Of a DNA stretch of 64,000 bases, positions 1-10,941 are shown piece by piece. The stretch comes from Desulfovibrio sp. (GTDB lineage Bacteria; Desulfobacterota; Desulfovibrionia; Desulfovibrionales; Desulfovibrionaceae), in NCBI GenBank assembly GCA_031272405.1, contig JAISTW010000020.1, forward strand, positions 7,970-71,969. Reading direction: 5' to 3'. A program made the translations under genes and the position numbers. The notes beneath the pieces were generated by a model. It made no database searches. It worked only from the letters and a program-made list of their open reading frames with translations, and had not been told where the DNA came from. Each line of letters starts with the position of its first letter. Positions within the stretch are counted from its first letter, which is position 1.

Positions 1-1762
1 GCATAGCAGGATATTCCCTCCCCAAAACCAGGCCCGTCGGGTTGTTCCGGCGGGCCTGGTCGTTTGCGGGATCCGGTTGCGGGCAAAATTCCAGAAAATC
101 GTGCTTCAGCGCCCACAGCAGGACAAAGTCCTCGTCCCCGGGAACGCCGTCCGGCAAAAATTCGCGGCACAGCGAACGCAAGGAGGCCACGGAAATCGGC
201 CGTCTGGCCCGGAAGAGCAGCTTTTTCAGATTGTCCGGAGTGATATACCGTTCCACAAGGCGGTAGATGACGGGAAAATCCTGACCGTGATACACGGCCC
301 TGCCCGCCTTGCTCCAGACAAGCATTTTGTCCCGGACGGCGGGGGCGTCCACGCGCGAAGCGAAATAGTGGCCGAACAATTCCCGGCTGGGCGGACAGGC
401 CGGATGAAAGACGGCCTTCGGGGGACGCGCGGCGGCATTGTCCGGCAATTCGCAGGGGCCGTCGTTCAGCTCGGCCCACAATGCCGTGTAGCGTTTGATG
501 ATATGCCGCCAGGTATAGGCCGCCAGAACGCGCCGCCTGCCCGCCCGCCCCATGCGCAGACGCAGCGTTTTGTCCGCGGCCAGACGGCGCATGGCCTGCC
601 CCAAAGCCCGCGTGTCCACCGCCGTCTGCTGGGCCAGCAAAAGATGATGCTCGGCCGCGGGAACAATCCGGGCCAGACAATCCGTGCCCGGCGTCGCGGC
701 CGGGCCGAGGCTGGGAATCAAAAACCCGCTTTCGCCGTCGTCCACCAGGTCCCTGTAGCCGTCAAAATCCGAGGCGACGACCGGCAGGCCGGAAAGAGCG
801 GCCTCCAGAACGGTCAGCCCAAAGGTTTCCTGCACGTTGTCCGAAGGGGAGAGAAAAACGTCCGCCGCCGCGTACAGGCCCTTGCGGGCGGCGTCATCGG
901 GCCGGGGGACCACGCGGAGGCATATTCCCAGATTGGCGGCCAAACGCTGTATATCCTTGTCAAAGGCGTCGTCCTTGTCCAGCCAGCCGGCCAGGGTCAG
1001 GCAGTAGTCCTCCGGGCGCAAACCGTTTTCTTCCGCGCGCTTGCAGGCGCGCAAAAGGGGCAGCAGATCCATCTTGGACTGGTAGGAAAGCCGGGCGAAC
1101 ACCAGAAACACCACCCTGTCGCCCAGGCCGTATTGCTGACGGCATTGACGGCCGAGGGCGTCCTTTTCTTCCGGGGAGGGCATCAGGGCGGGTTCCACCC
1201 CCAGGGGAACGATCCTCACGGCGGGGGATGGGAACTCCTCGGCGGACAAACGGTAGGCCCCGCGCAGGGAGCTGTAGTACGCGGCCACAGCGCGCGCCCC
1301 GCAGGTGGAGGTCGCCGCGAGAACATCCCTGCTCGTCACGCCGGGCCACATGTGGTGGAGAAACAGCGGGCCGTATTCGGCGTAGCTGAGGGAATGCGTG
1401 GGCGCGGTAACGGGGAATATCCGGCGGCTGAAGGCGTTGCGCAGGCAAATGCCGTCCGTGTAGCGCACAAAGGGATCGGAGAGATGCAGGCAGTAGTAGT
1501 CGCACTCCCGCAGGGCAACGGGAAATTCCCTGTGCAGCCGCACGGCGAAGCGCCCGTCTTTGACCATGTCCGGCCAACGGGCGGCGAGTTCCCCCTTCAG
1601 CCGTTCGCAATCGTCGGGGTGCGGCAAAAAAAAGCTGTAGGCGTCAAAGGGATCGGCTTCGACAAGGGCATGCAGAAAACGCCTGTTGGCCTCCGTGCGC
1701 CCCAGGGCGGGGCCCTGCTCAAAAAACGGGTGCAAACTGGCCCAGATTTTCGTGTTGTTCAT
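1..1762 (-). CDS. Glycosyltransferase (GT4-like), 3' end runs off the window
   Basis: Not in the ORF track because there is no stop in the window. Read by hand from ATG at 1762: MNNTKIWASLHPFFEQGPALGRTEAN..., with the GT4-like stretch ADVFLSPSDNVQETFGLTVLEAALSGLPVVASDFDGYRD. Confidence 0.8.
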   Translation of the reverse strand, partial: MNNTKIWASLHPFFEQGPALGRTEANRRFLHALVEADPFDAYSFFLPHPDDCERLKGELAARWPDMVKDGRFAVRLHREFPVALRECDYYCLHLSDPFVRYTDGICLRNAFSRRIFPVTAPTHSLSYAEYGPLFLHHMWPGVTSRDVLAATSTCGARAVAAYYSSLRGAYRLSAEEFPSPAVRIVPLGVEPALMPSPEEKDALGRQCRQQYGLGDRVVFLVFARLSYQSKMDLLPLLRACKRAEENGLRPEDYCLTLAGWLDKDDAFDKDIQRLAANLGICLRVVPRPDDAARKGLYAAADVFLSPSDNVQETFGLTVLEAALSGLPVVASDFDGYRDLVDDGESGFLIPSLGPAATPGTDCLARIVPAAEHHLLLAQQTAVDTRALGQAMRRLAADKTLRLRMGRAGRRRVLAAYTWRHIIKRYTALWAELNDGPCELPDNAAARPPKAVFHPACPPSRELFGHYFASRVDAPAVRDKMLVWSKAGRAVYHGQDFPVIYRLVERYITPDNLKKLLFRARRPISVASLRSLCREFLPDGVPGDEDFVLLWALKHDFLEFCPQPDPANDQARRNNPTGLVLGREYPAM

Positions 1763-1832
1763 CCTGCCCGCTTATACTTCGAAATCGCCCCGCCTGACAA
1801 GAAGCGCCGGCGCGCGTCAACAGCGGATGACC

Positions 1833-2867
1833 TCAACGCCGGATGACCTCACCATACTTCGCGGCCAGATGCAGGTAAAAGGCCCGGTGCTGTTCGCATT
1901 CCGGGGGCAGTTCGGCGACAATGGCCCCGTAGGCGGCCCTGATGTGCTTCCGGCGAACGGGCAGCGTTTCCCTGCGCCGCTCCAGGGCGTCAGGCCGTAT
2001 TCCCCGGCACAGGGCGACAATTTCCCGCGCCCTGGCCACATCCGTGTGCGCCGCCGTCACTTTCCCCAACCCGGCCAGGGCGATTTCAGCCAGTTCACGC
2101 GGCCTGGAAAGCCAGCGTTCGGCCCCGGCCACCGCCGAGGCGACATCGCCGCGTCTGTACGGAGGCAGGATATCCCGCCCCGGCGTGAACAATTCCCGCA
2201 GACCGTGTCCCGCGCCGTCGGTCAAAAGAGCGGCCCCGCAGCCCATGGATTCAAAACAGCGAAAATTTATTTCCAGAGCCGCCGTCTGGTTGAGCACTAT
2301 GCGGGAGCGGCGGAACACCGGCACAAAGTCCCCCTGACGGCAGAACAGCGGGCATTGCCTGGCGAAGGCCTTCAAAAACGGGAGCCGGTCGGGAATATTC
2401 CTCGGTTTGAGCGTTCCGACAAAGGAAACGGGAATATCCCGGGCTTCAAGCCATTCGTCAACCGTCACGGGCTCTGTCGCCACCCGGCAAAAAAGCGGCA
2501 GCCACAACGGGGCATGGCCCGAATCCGCAAAAATCGGAATGTAATCCTTCTGGGCGACGCAAACGACGTCAAAGGCATGGGCGAAAGAGACATGCCAGGG
2601 GTTGCAGAAGGTGTCGACGCTGTAAAAAAGCAGGGGGACGCCCGCTTCCTCGATGCCGTCCACAAAGGGCAGGTTGCCGTCATCCATGTAAACCACGATA
2701 TCGGGCGCAAAACCGCGGGAGGCCAGACGCTCATGGAGCCCGCGGCCGTTGACGGGACTCCGCAAAAGGATGTCATGCGCCCCCATGGTTCCGACCGTGA
2801 ACACATCGTGTCCCAAACCGCGGAGGGCGGGGGCAAGGACAGGGTGGCCGAGAAGAAGGATTCTCAA
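1833..2867 (-). CDS. Glycosyltransferase family protein (CgeB/Glyco_trans_1_2-like)
   Basis: SRIVLN...INFRCFESMGCGAALLTD motif; lies in a cluster with other glycosyltransferases. Confidence 0.75.
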   Translation of the reverse strand: MRILLLGHPVLAPALRGLGHDVFTVGTMGAHDILLRSPVNGRGLHERLASRGFAPDIVVYMDDGNLPFVDGIEEAGVPLLFYSVDTFCNPWHVSFAHAFDVVCVAQKDYIPIFADSGHAPLWLPLFCRVATEPVTVDEWLEARDIPVSFVGTLKPRNIPDRLPFLKAFARQCPLFCRQGDFVPVFRRSRIVLNQTAALEINFRCFESMGCGAALLTDGAGHGLRELFTPGRDILPPYRRGDVASAVAGAERWLSRPRELAEIALAGLGKVTAAHTDVARAREIVALCRGIRPDALERRRETLPVRRKHIRAAYGAIVAELPPECEQHRAFYLHLAAKYGEVIRR

Positions 2868-4492
2868 AAACCGGCTCCGGCCTCCTGTTTTTGCAGCGTC
2901 TGTTCGGCGACGCGCACGGCTTTTTCGTCAAAGACCAGCACAATGATGTCGTCCACAATGCCCACGGAGCCTGGCGCCGGAAAAGCCTGTTTGCCCTGGG
3001 CGAAGGCGACGGCCTTGCGCAGGATTTCCGGCGCGTGGATGCCCATCTCGTTCATGCGCGCGCCCAGTTTCAAATCCGCCTCGACGAGCAGGAGCGCGAA
3101 GCCGGGTCGCCATACCTGTGAAATGGTCCCCTTGAAGCCGGAGAGGCTCGCGTCATTGTACCAGGAGGAATATGTTCTGTCCATGTAGGATGTGGTGCGT
3201 CCGAACTGGACAAGATTCCAGGTTTTTTGCAGGGAAAAGCCCGGCAGTTCCTCAATTTTCATGACTACGCGGTTGAGGGTGGCTATGTCGTGGGTATTGG
3301 AGCGCACATGCAGTATCTGCTGGTGCAGGCAGTTGACGATCATGGCCGACAGCAGCAAAACCCCCAGGGCAAGCCCCGCGTTTCTGGCCTTCACTGAGGA
3401 GGATGTCAGCAGGGCGAGCAGAAAAAACAGGTAGACGTAGTTCAGGCCCAGGGATGTGAAACGGAAAAGGTAGTATCCTTCTCCGGCGCTGACGAAAAAT
3501 TGCGCCTTGGCGGCCACCGGCAGAAACGCCACCCCGAGGAGCAGCAGTGCGCGCCGCGGGGGGGGCAGGCCGCGGGACGCATACAACAGGGCCGCGAATC
3601 CGGCCCCGACGGTCAGCAGCAACAGACCTTTCAGCCATATCCCCATAAAGGGCTGGATGACGAAAAAATGCGCGTAGGCCGCCCTGACGACAGCGGGGAC
3701 GCGTTGCAGCATCTCGACAAGTGTGAGCGTCCTGAACTGATATTCCGTTTCCAGAGACAGGCCCACAAGAGGATAGCAGCGCAGGCTGAGCACATACAGC
3801 AGGCAGGCCGCCACAAAGGCGGCCAGCGCCGGGCCGAAGCGCGCCGACAGGGTTTTGACGTCCACCCGTTCCGCGCGCAGCGCATACATGAGAACGGCCC
3901 CGGCAAAAAGGACGCACCAGGTCATGACGCTGGACTGGTACAGGGCGAAGGCGCAGACAGCGCAGACTGCGGACGCGGCCAGACGCCGGAGAGGAACTCT
4001 GCCTTCGTCCGGCGGGCAGGACAGCAGCAGCGACAGCGCCATGAGCGTTTGAGGGAAGGTGAAGGTCGGCGCCTGCCAGTGGTAATAGTAAAAATCGGCG
4101 GCGGTCGGCATGCAGGCGAGCAGCAGGCCGCCCGCCAGCAGGGGCAGAAAATCCGCAGTGCGCAGCCAGAGCCGGACCGCGCACATGCCCGCCGCAATCT
4201 GGGCACTGTGGGCGAGCAGCGGCGTCCATACGGGGATCTGCACATTGGCGCTCAACAGATGCAGAAAGGGGGCGAACCAGCGCCCGGAGCGTCCGCCGCT
4301 GAGCCAGGGAATGCCGCCCTGATAGCCCACGTCATGATCACCCAGGGGAAATTGGGCGAGATCGTAAAACCAGCAGACAACGGTGACGGCCAAAGCGACA
4401 GTGAAGGCCAGCCGGACAGAGCGGGGAATGCCGACAACGGCGCGGACAAATGCACCGGCCCAGTCCTGTTCAAAAATGGAGCGGATTTTCAC
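2864..4492 (-). CDS. Integral membrane glucosyltransferase (GtrII-like)
   Basis: Many TM segments, N-terminal DHD...GRW motif, soluble C-terminal domain; overlaps the downstream glycosyltransferase by 4 bp. Confidence 0.6.
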   Translation of the reverse strand: MKIRSIFEQDWAGAFVRAVVGIPRSVRLAFTVALAVTVVCWFYDLAQFPLGDHDVGYQGGIPWLSGGRSGRWFAPFLHLLSANVQIPVWTPLLAHSAQIAAGMCAVRLWLRTADFLPLLAGGLLLACMPTAADFYYYHWQAPTFTFPQTLMALSLLLSCPPDEGRVPLRRLAASAVCAVCAFALYQSSVMTWCVLFAGAVLMYALRAERVDVKTLSARFGPALAAFVAACLLYVLSLRCYPLVGLSLETEYQFRTLTLVEMLQRVPAVVRAAYAHFFVIQPFMGIWLKGLLLLTVGAGFAALLYASRGLPPPRRALLLLGVAFLPVAAKAQFFVSAGEGYYLFRFTSLGLNYVYLFFLLALLTSSSVKARNAGLALGVLLLSAMIVNCLHQQILHVRSNTHDIATLNRVVMKIEELPGFSLQKTWNLVQFGRTTSYMDRTYSSWYNDASLSGFKGTISQVWRPGFALLLVEADLKLGARMNEMGIHAPEILRKAVAFAQGKQAFPAPGSVGIVDDIIVLVFDEKAVRVAEQTLQKQEAGAGF

Positions 4493-4549
4493 GTCGCCAA
4501 GTTGTTCCAGACGCGGGCGGGCTTATATTGTTCGGGAATACGTTCCCGG

Positions 4550-6181
4550 CTAACAGGCATATTGAATGCCCAATTTGTCGGCCACCGCCCTGTCAGTGGA
4601 AACCAGCGCGTCCGAGCGGCCGACCGGCAGGGAACTGTTGCCCACCGGGGCAAGCAGCTTGCGCAATTCGCTGTCGAAGGCCAGCATGTACTTCACAATG
4701 TTTTCGGCGCCCCGGTCTATGTCAAGACGCCTTACCAGACGCGGGTCCTGGGTGCAGATGCCGGTGGGACATTTGTCTGTCGAACAGGAATTGCACCGTC
4801 CACGCTCATTGCCCACGCAGCCCAGCAGTTGTATGACGATCTTGGCCATAATCACGCCGTTCGCGCCCAGACAGAGCATCTTGAAGGCGTCGGCCGCGGC
4901 GTTGCCCGTCATGCCTATGCCGCCGCCGGCCCAAAGAGGAATTTCTCCCTGCAGCCCTTGAGCGACGGCGGCGAGATAGCAATCCCGCAATTTGGAAACA
5001 ATGGGATGGCCGGTGTGGTCAAGGGAAACCTCATTGGCGGCCCCGGTGCCTCCCTGAATCCCGTCCATGAAAAATCCGCCGCAGATTTTGTACGGATCCC
5101 GCAGAAGATTGTTGTACACGGAAACGGACGTGGCCGAAGCGGCGCACTTGATGGCCACAGGCACCCTGAAGCCGAAAGCCGCATTGAGCGAAAGGTGCAT
5201 CTTCTGCACCGACTCCTCAATGGAGTACAGGCCCTGATGGTTCGGCGGAGAAAGGAGATCCGCCCTGGGCACGCCGCGGATGGACTGGATGTGCGGCGCT
5301 ACCTTGGCGGCGGGAAGAAGCCCGCCGTCGCCGGGCTTCGCGCCCTGGCCGATTTTGATCAATATTCCCGCGGGGTCTGTTCTCATCCGGGGCAAGGTCT
5401 TGATAATGCGGTTCCACCCGAAATGCCCGGAAGCTATCTGCAAAATGACATACTTGAGCCGCTCCGATTCCAGCAGCTTTATGGGCACGCCCCCCTCGCC
5501 GGTACACATGCGCACGGGCATGTTGTGCTTCTCGTTGAGGTAGGCCGTTGCCAGAGCCACCGCCTCCCAGGCTCTGGTCGAGAGCGCCCCCACGCTCATG
5601 TCGCTGAAAATGGCCGGATAAATCCAGTGCACCGGGGGCGTTTTTTCGGTCAGAACCAGATTGTCCCCTTCCACGCGGAAGGGCAGTTCCCTTGAGCGCA
5701 AAACCCGACCGAAGGGAGAACGGATATCAAAGGTATGCCGTTCCGAGTCCAGCGAGGGGTCCGTCATTTGGCTTATTCTGCCCACAATGATGGAATCCAG
5801 GGTGCGCTGGGCGTTGAGATTGGTGCGCCCGCCGCGTTTGATCGGCCCCTCGTTGCGGGCAAGCAGGGGGAAACGGCTGTCCACGTTGCGAACAGGCGCA
5901 ATGGCCGCGTTGGGACATATTTTTTCGCACATGCCGCAGCCCACGCAGACGTTCCGCAAGCCGGCCTTGCGCTGTATCACGGGCCGGGCCATGTGTTCCC
6001 GCACCGGTTCAGGGAAAGCCTTTCGGGAGACGGTCAGGCTGCGGCGCGCCATAACCGCTTCTATGGCGTTGAATGTACAGGCCGCCACGCATGAGCCGCA
6101 CATGGTGCAGCGCTCCGGAAAATAGACTATCTTCCAGGGAAGATCGTTGGAGCTGACATCCTGGGTTCTTACTGATTCCAT
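4550..6181 (-). CDS. Glutamate synthase FMN-binding subunit with N-terminal ferredoxin (split GltB type)
   Basis: CxxCxxCxxxC motifs, MSVGALS, CTGEGG, IKIGQGAKPGDGGLL, C-terminal CPTGICTQDP. Confidence 0.9.
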   Translation of the reverse strand: MESVRTQDVSSNDLPWKIVYFPERCTMCGSCVAACTFNAIEAVMARRSLTVSRKAFPEPVREHMARPVIQRKAGLRNVCVGCGMCEKICPNAAIAPVRNVDSRFPLLARNEGPIKRGGRTNLNAQRTLDSIIVGRISQMTDPSLDSERHTFDIRSPFGRVLRSRELPFRVEGDNLVLTEKTPPVHWIYPAIFSDMSVGALSTRAWEAVALATAYLNEKHNMPVRMCTGEGGVPIKLLESERLKYVILQIASGHFGWNRIIKTLPRMRTDPAGILIKIGQGAKPGDGGLLPAAKVAPHIQSIRGVPRADLLSPPNHQGLYSIEESVQKMHLSLNAAFGFRVPVAIKCAASATSVSVYNNLLRDPYKICGGFFMDGIQGGTGAANEVSLDHTGHPIVSKLRDCYLAAVAQGLQGEIPLWAGGGIGMTGNAAADAFKMLCLGANGVIMAKIVIQLLGCVGNERGRCNSCSTDKCPTGICTQDPRLVRRLDIDRGAENIVKYMLAFDSELRKLLAPVGNSSLPVGRSDALVSTDRAVADKLGIQYAC

Positions 6182-7275
6182 CGCTGTACCGCCAAATCGT
6201 TGTCAATGACCACCATTTCCCTCTCGTGCGGGTAAATGTCCTTGGAGGCGTCGCGGTCGGGCATAATGGTGTTCAGACCGCAAACTTCCGAGGTAACGGC
6301 GACCATCTGATCATTGCCGCCCACAACAACAGGACGCAATTTTTTCGAATCGCAGCAGGTTATCATCTGTCCTTCCGGCAGCAGTCCGATAACCGTGTTG
6401 GGACCGTTGATCTCCAGATGGGCCAGGGATTCCCGGATGAGCGAAAGCTCCTTTTTGTCCCGGCGCTTTTCCAGTTCCACAAAGGGCAAGGGGGTGATGA
6501 CGTGTTTATAGTACTTTATGGGCCATTTCAGCTCACGCAGCACATAGTGCAACGTGTAGAGAAAATTTTGCGAATCGGACTCAAATCCTATATAGCCCCT
6601 GTGCAGGGATTTTTGAAATTCCATGTTCTTGGTGTAAAAGGTGTTTTCCCCGTTGGCGCAAAGGGTGTATCCCTGCAGAAAAAACGGATGCGCCGCATAG
6701 CGCACGATGGCGTAATTCGTGTTCTGCCGGCACTGGGAGACGATGTTTTTGGACAAAAGGCGTTCCGTGTCGTCCCAGAGGCCGAAACAGTCGGCAATGT
6801 CCGCCGGGTCCCCTATTTCTTTGAGGGTCAGTACATCCGGCCAGAAGGAATAGACAAAACCGTTGCCGTCCTTCTGCAGCAGATTGCGCAGGGCAAGACG
6901 CGTGTCAAGCAGCAGGTCCTCGCGTTCCCGCCTGTCGGCATTGCGCATGCTTTCGGGATAGTCATAATTGCGGAATACATAGGCCGGCATCGCCTCAATC
7001 TTGAGGCCAGGCCGCAGATGCAGTTCCGGTATCCACTGAAAAACCTGCACGAAACCCTTTTTGTCCATATAATCGCTGACGATCTGCTTGCCCTTGTCGT
7101 TACAGGCAAGCGAAAGCAGGGGCTTTTCCTTGTAAGGGGAGAATACGCCGGCCAGATCCTGCATCACCATCGCGAAACCGGAATTGTCATGTCCCTCCTG
7201 CTGGGGCAGCATGAGTTTGAGGGCCATGGACGGAGGTATGGGGGTTCTGCTCTTGATGGAACCAATTCTGCACAT
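6169..7275 (-). CDS. Glutamate synthase amidotransferase subunit (class II GATase)
   Basis: N-terminal nucleophile Cys (MCRIG), AHPF, NGE, SDS, LRP and TSE motifs. Confidence 0.85.
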   Translation of the reverse strand: MCRIGSIKSRTPIPPSMALKLMLPQQEGHDNSGFAMVMQDLAGVFSPYKEKPLLSLACNDKGKQIVSDYMDKKGFVQVFQWIPELHLRPGLKIEAMPAYVFRNYDYPESMRNADRREREDLLLDTRLALRNLLQKDGNGFVYSFWPDVLTLKEIGDPADIADCFGLWDDTERLLSKNIVSQCRQNTNYAIVRYAAHPFFLQGYTLCANGENTFYTKNMEFQKSLHRGYIGFESDSQNFLYTLHYVLRELKWPIKYYKHVITPLPFVELEKRRDKKELSLIRESLAHLEINGPNTVIGLLPEGQMITCCDSKKLRPVVVGGNDQMVAVTSEVCGLNTIMPDRDASKDIYPHEREMVVIDNDLAVQRWNQ

Positions 7276-7379
7276 ATCGTTGTGTCTCCAGAATTGCGGC
7301 GGGGCAGCGAACTTCAGAGCCCCGTTGAATCTACATGTTAATCAGCCCGGAAAAAAGAGTTCGACCATGAGACAAGCTC

Positions 7380-8606
7380 TCAACACTGCTCACGAAGCCT
7401 GGAAATCGCTTCCTGGGTGTCCTGCGACGTTCCGAAGGCCGTCAGACGCACGTACCCTTCTCCGCTTGCTCCAAAACCGACGCCGGGCGTGCACACCAGC
7501 GCGGCGGAGCTCAAAAGCCTGTCGAAGAAAGCCCAGGAATCCGTCCCGCTGGGCACGCTCACCCATATGTACGGGGCATTGCGGCCGCCATAAAAATCCA
7601 GTCCCATATCTTTCACGGCCGCGCCAAGCTGGGCCGCGTTACGCTGATATCCGCGGATGACATCCTGTATCTGCCTTTTCCCTTCCGGGCTGTACACGGC
7701 TTCGGCGGCTCTCTGCACAATGTAGGGACAACCGTTGTACTTGGTGCACTGCCGCCTGTTCCACAGGCCGTGCAGGGCAATTTCCCCGCCGTCGCCGGCG
7801 CGGACCTTCAGGTCTTTGGGCACGGCGGCATAGGCGCAACGCAACCCGGTAAAACCGGCGGTTTTAGAGAAACTGCGAAATTCCACCGCCACCTCCCGGG
7901 CGCCGTCCAGCTCGAAGATGCTGTGTGGAATATCGTCTTCCTGAATGTAGGCTTCGTAGGCCGAATCGTATAAAATCACGCAGCCCTCGCGCCGGGCGTA
8001 GTCCACCCAGCCCTGCAGGGCGGCTCTGGACAACACCGTGCCTGTGGGATTGTTCGGATAGCACAGATAAATCATGTCCGGCCGCGTTTTGGGAAAGTCC
8101 GGCACAAAATCATTGTCCCTGACGCAAGGCAGATAGACGATGCGCTGCCAGCGTCCGTCGGCGTAAGCGCCCGCGCGGCCGGCCATGACATTGGAATCCA
8201 CATACACGGGGTATACGGGATCCGTCACCGCCACAACGCTGTCCGCGGCAAAGAGCTCCTGAAAATTGCCCACATCGCATTTGGCGCCGTCGCTGACGAA
8301 AATTTCCTCCGGGGCCATGTCTATCCCCCGCGCCTGGTAATCGTTTTTTACGACGGCCTCGCGCAGGAAGGCGTACCCCTGCTCCGGCCCGTAACCACGA
8401 AAATGGGCCGCGTCTCCCATTTCATCCACAGCCATGTGCAAAGCGGAAACAACGGCCGGCGCAAGCGGCTGCGTCACATCGCCGATGCCGAGACTGATCA
8501 CCTTTTTTTCGGGGTTGGCCTCTTTGAAGACAGCCACCTTGCGGGCAATTTCCGCGAACAGGTAATTGCTGCGCAAGGCCAGAAAACTTTCGTTAACTTT
8601 CGTCAT
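7380..8606 (-). CDS. dapL: LL-diaminopimelate aminotransferase
   Basis: [41 protein letters not shown]. Confidence 0.95.
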   Translation of the reverse strand: MTKVNESFLALRSNYLFAEIARKVAVFKEANPEKKVISLGIGDVTQPLAPAVVSALHMAVDEMGDAAHFRGYGPEQGYAFLREAVVKNDYQARGIDMAPEEIFVSDGAKCDVGNFQELFAADSVVAVTDPVYPVYVDSNVMAGRAGAYADGRWQRIVYLPCVRDNDFVPDFPKTRPDMIYLCYPNNPTGTVLSRAALQGWVDYARREGCVILYDSAYEAYIQEDDIPHSIFELDGAREVAVEFRSFSKTAGFTGLRCAYAAVPKDLKVRAGDGGEIALHGLWNRRQCTKYNGCPYIVQRAAEAVYSPEGKRQIQDVIRGYQRNAAQLGAAVKDMGLDFYGGRNAPYIWVSVPSGTDSWAFFDRLLSSAALVCTPGVGFGASGEGYVRLTAFGTSQDTQEAISRLREQC

Positions 8607-9517
8607 ACCGTCCTCGCAACGGATAATCTGTAATGGTACACGCCTTCAAAAACATTGGCGGCGGCGCCGGTCATGTAAACATGCCCGTCGCTTTCATTCC
8701 AGTTGACGTGCAGAACGCCGCCGGCCAGATTCACATCCACATCCCGGCAGGTGCGCTTGTTGAGAACGGCCGCCACAACGGCCGCGCAGGCCCCTGTGCC
8801 GCAGGCGAGGGTTTCCCCCGTTCCCCGCTCCCAAACGCGCATGCGTATGCCGGCGGAAGAAAGGATTTCCACAAATTCGGCGTTGACGCGTTGGGGAAAA
8901 TAGGGGTGATGCTCAAAAAGCGGCCCCAGATGCTGCAAATCAAGGTCTTGAATGTCCTGCACAAACACCACCGCGTGCGGATTGCCCATCGAGACGGCGG
9001 TGAACGCGTAGGAACGCCCCTCCACTTCCAACGGCAGGCCGACAACGCGCTTTTCCGGCATGGAATTTTCCGCAAGCATCTGTTTCGGCACGGCGACAGG
9101 TATGCTGTCCGGTCTCAGTTCGGGTTCGCCCATGTCCACGGTCGCGCCCGCAACCTCGCCCCCTTCCCTGCGCAGCCGCACTATTTTTATGCCGACGGCT
9201 GTTTCAATGCGCACAACGTCATTGGAGACGATGCCCCTGTCACGCGCGTATTTTCCCACACAACGGATGGCGTTGCCGCACATCTGCGCTTCGGAGCCGT
9301 CGGCGTTGAACATGCGCATACGCGCATCGGCCGTGCCTGAAGGCATAATCAGCACCAACCCGTCCGCCCCCACGCCGAAGTGCCTGTCGCTGATGGCCGG
9401 CGCCAGCGCCTCCGGATTGTCCACCTGCTCCTCAAAGCAATTTATGTAGACATAATCATTGCCCGTGCCCTGCATTTTGGTAAAGCGCAGATCCTTCCAC
9501 ATGACGACCTCGTCCAT
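8603..9517 (-). CDS. dapF: Diaminopimelate epimerase
   Basis: [48 protein letters not shown]. Confidence 0.95.
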   Translation of the reverse strand: MDEVVMWKDLRFTKMQGTGNDYVYINCFEEQVDNPEALAPAISDRHFGVGADGLVLIMPSGTADARMRMFNADGSEAQMCGNAIRCVGKYARDRGIVSNDVVRIETAVGIKIVRLRREGGEVAGATVDMGEPELRPDSIPVAVPKQMLAENSMPEKRVVGLPLEVEGRSYAFTAVSMGNPHAVVFVQDIQDLDLQHLGPLFEHHPYFPQRVNAEFVEILSSAGIRMRVWERGTGETLACGTGACAAVVAAVLNKRTCRDVDVNLAGGVLHVNWNESDGHVYMTGAAANVFEGVYHYRLSVARTV

Positions 9518-9770
9518 CCCGGTTTATCACAATATACGGCGCGCAAAAACAGCCCCCAGGGAGGCTGCCGGGCCTTTTTCAGAGTCAGTCGTCCACAATA
9601 GACTTGATGCCGCAAAATGTAAAGCCTGTTTCAGGCATGATCGCGGAGCAGCCGCCCAGCGCATTCGTGGTCTGCGCTGACGACGAACGGCTGTCGCCGC
9701 TTTCGGAATCGAGACGCGTCTGTCCCGATTCTGTCTTGACATCCGCCGCCGACAGGCGTATGATTTTTGT

Positions 9771-9823
9771 TTCCTTGCTCACAAGGGCGTAGAAGCCCTG
9801 TGGGCTGTTCAATCCACAAGGAG
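9771..9823 (+). promoter_or_regulatory. Possible S6:S18 (rpsF) autoregulatory leader
   Basis: TCCTTG...CCCTGTGG...CCACAAGGAG can pair with and sequester the rpsF Shine-Dalgarno; the position matches known rpsF leaders. Confidence 0.4.
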
Positions 9824-9828
9824 AATCT

Positions 9829-10137
9829 ATGCGGAAGTTTGAAACATTGCTGCTCCTTTCGCCGGAACTTTCCGCCGAAACACGCGAAACACTCGTCGCC
9901 GCCCTGACCGGCGTGATTGAGCGCGAAGGCGGCGTTCTGGCGGAAGTGGACAACTGGGGCATGCGCGACCTGGCCTATCCTGTGCGCAAACAGATGCGCG
10001 GTTTTTACGTCCGTCTGGAATATCAGGCGCCGCCCGCTCTCATTGTGGAGCTGGAACGCAATATTCGCATCAGTGACGGCGTCTTCAAGTTCATTACCGT
10101 AAAGCTGGCCGATACCGTGGCCGGGGAGGAAGCCTGA
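9829..10137 (+). CDS. rpsF: 30S ribosomal protein S6
   Basis: [14 protein letters not shown]...[10 protein letters not shown]; AAGGAG RBS. Confidence 0.97.
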   Translation: MRKFETLLLLSPELSAETRETLVAALTGVIEREGGVLAEVDNWGMRDLAYPVRKQMRGFYVRLEYQAPPALIVELERNIRISDGVFKFITVKLADTVAGEEA

Positions 10138-10400
10138 TGGCCTTCAAAAAAAAATTCGCTCCGCGCCGCAAATTCTGCCGCTTTTGCGCCGACAAGGACG
10201 CTCCCCTCAATTACAAGCGTCCTGACATCCTGCGCGATTTCATTACCGAGCGCGGTCAGATTCTTGCCCGGCGCATCACGGGCGTGTGCGCATACCATCA
10301 GCGTATGCTGACCCAGGAAATAAAACGCGCCCGGCAGATGGCCCTGCTTATATACACCGCCACGCACGACAGCGGCGTCAAGAAAAAGAGCATGATTTAG
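10137..10400 (+). CDS. rpsR: 30S ribosomal protein S18
   Basis: RRKFCRFC...[15 protein letters not shown]...[10 protein letters not shown]. Confidence 0.97.
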   Translation: MAFKKKFAPRRKFCRFCADKDAPLNYKRPDILRDFITERGQILARRITGVCAYHQRMLTQEIKRARQMALLIYTATHDSGVKKKSMI

Positions 10401-10410
10401 GGGGCCTGAA

Positions 10411-10935
10411 ATGAAACTGATATTACGCGCCGATGTGGAAAATCTCGGCAATCTAGGCGATGTCGTCAACGTGAAGGCCGGGTACGCCAGAAACTGGCTG
10501 CTGCCCCAGGGCCTCGGCATGACGGCAAGTCCGGCCAACCTCAAAGTTTTTGAGCGGGAACGCAGAAAGCTGGAGGCGCGCATGGATGCCCTTCGCGCCG
10601 AAGCCAAAGCCATGCAGGCCAGACTTGAAGCCCTTGATGTGGTCATCCCCGTGCATGTGGGTGAAAACGAGAAACTCTACGGTTCCGTCACCACAACCAT
10701 CATCGGGGATGCGCTCCACGCCCTGGGCGCCGAAGTGGACCGCCGCCGCATTTTGCTGGACGCCCCCATACGCCAGCTTGGCGAATACCCTGTGCGGGTG
10801 CGCCTGCACCCCAGCGTCATCGCCGTTGTGCCCGTGAAGGTTGTGTCCGACAGCCACAGAGCGGCCGCCGGAGACGGCGCTGACGGCGACGACGAAAGTT
10901 CCCCGGAAAATTCCGCCGACGCGACGGCGGGTTAG
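10411..10935 (+). CDS. rplI: 50S ribosomal protein L9
   Basis: LGNLGDVVNVKAGYARNWLLP, KLYGSVT. Confidence 0.97.
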   Translation: MKLILRADVENLGNLGDVVNVKAGYARNWLLPQGLGMTASPANLKVFERERRKLEARMDALRAEAKAMQARLEALDVVIPVHVGENEKLYGSVTTTIIGDALHALGAEVDRRRILLDAPIRQLGEYPVRVRLHPSVIAVVPVKVVSDSHRAAAGDGADGDDESSPENSADATAG

Positions 10936-10941
10936 CCGTCC

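Noticed and set aside
77-1846. 589-aa plus-strand ORF
   Set aside because: Antisense shadow of the minus-strand glycosyltransferase; no motifs, and such shadows are common in GC-rich DNA.
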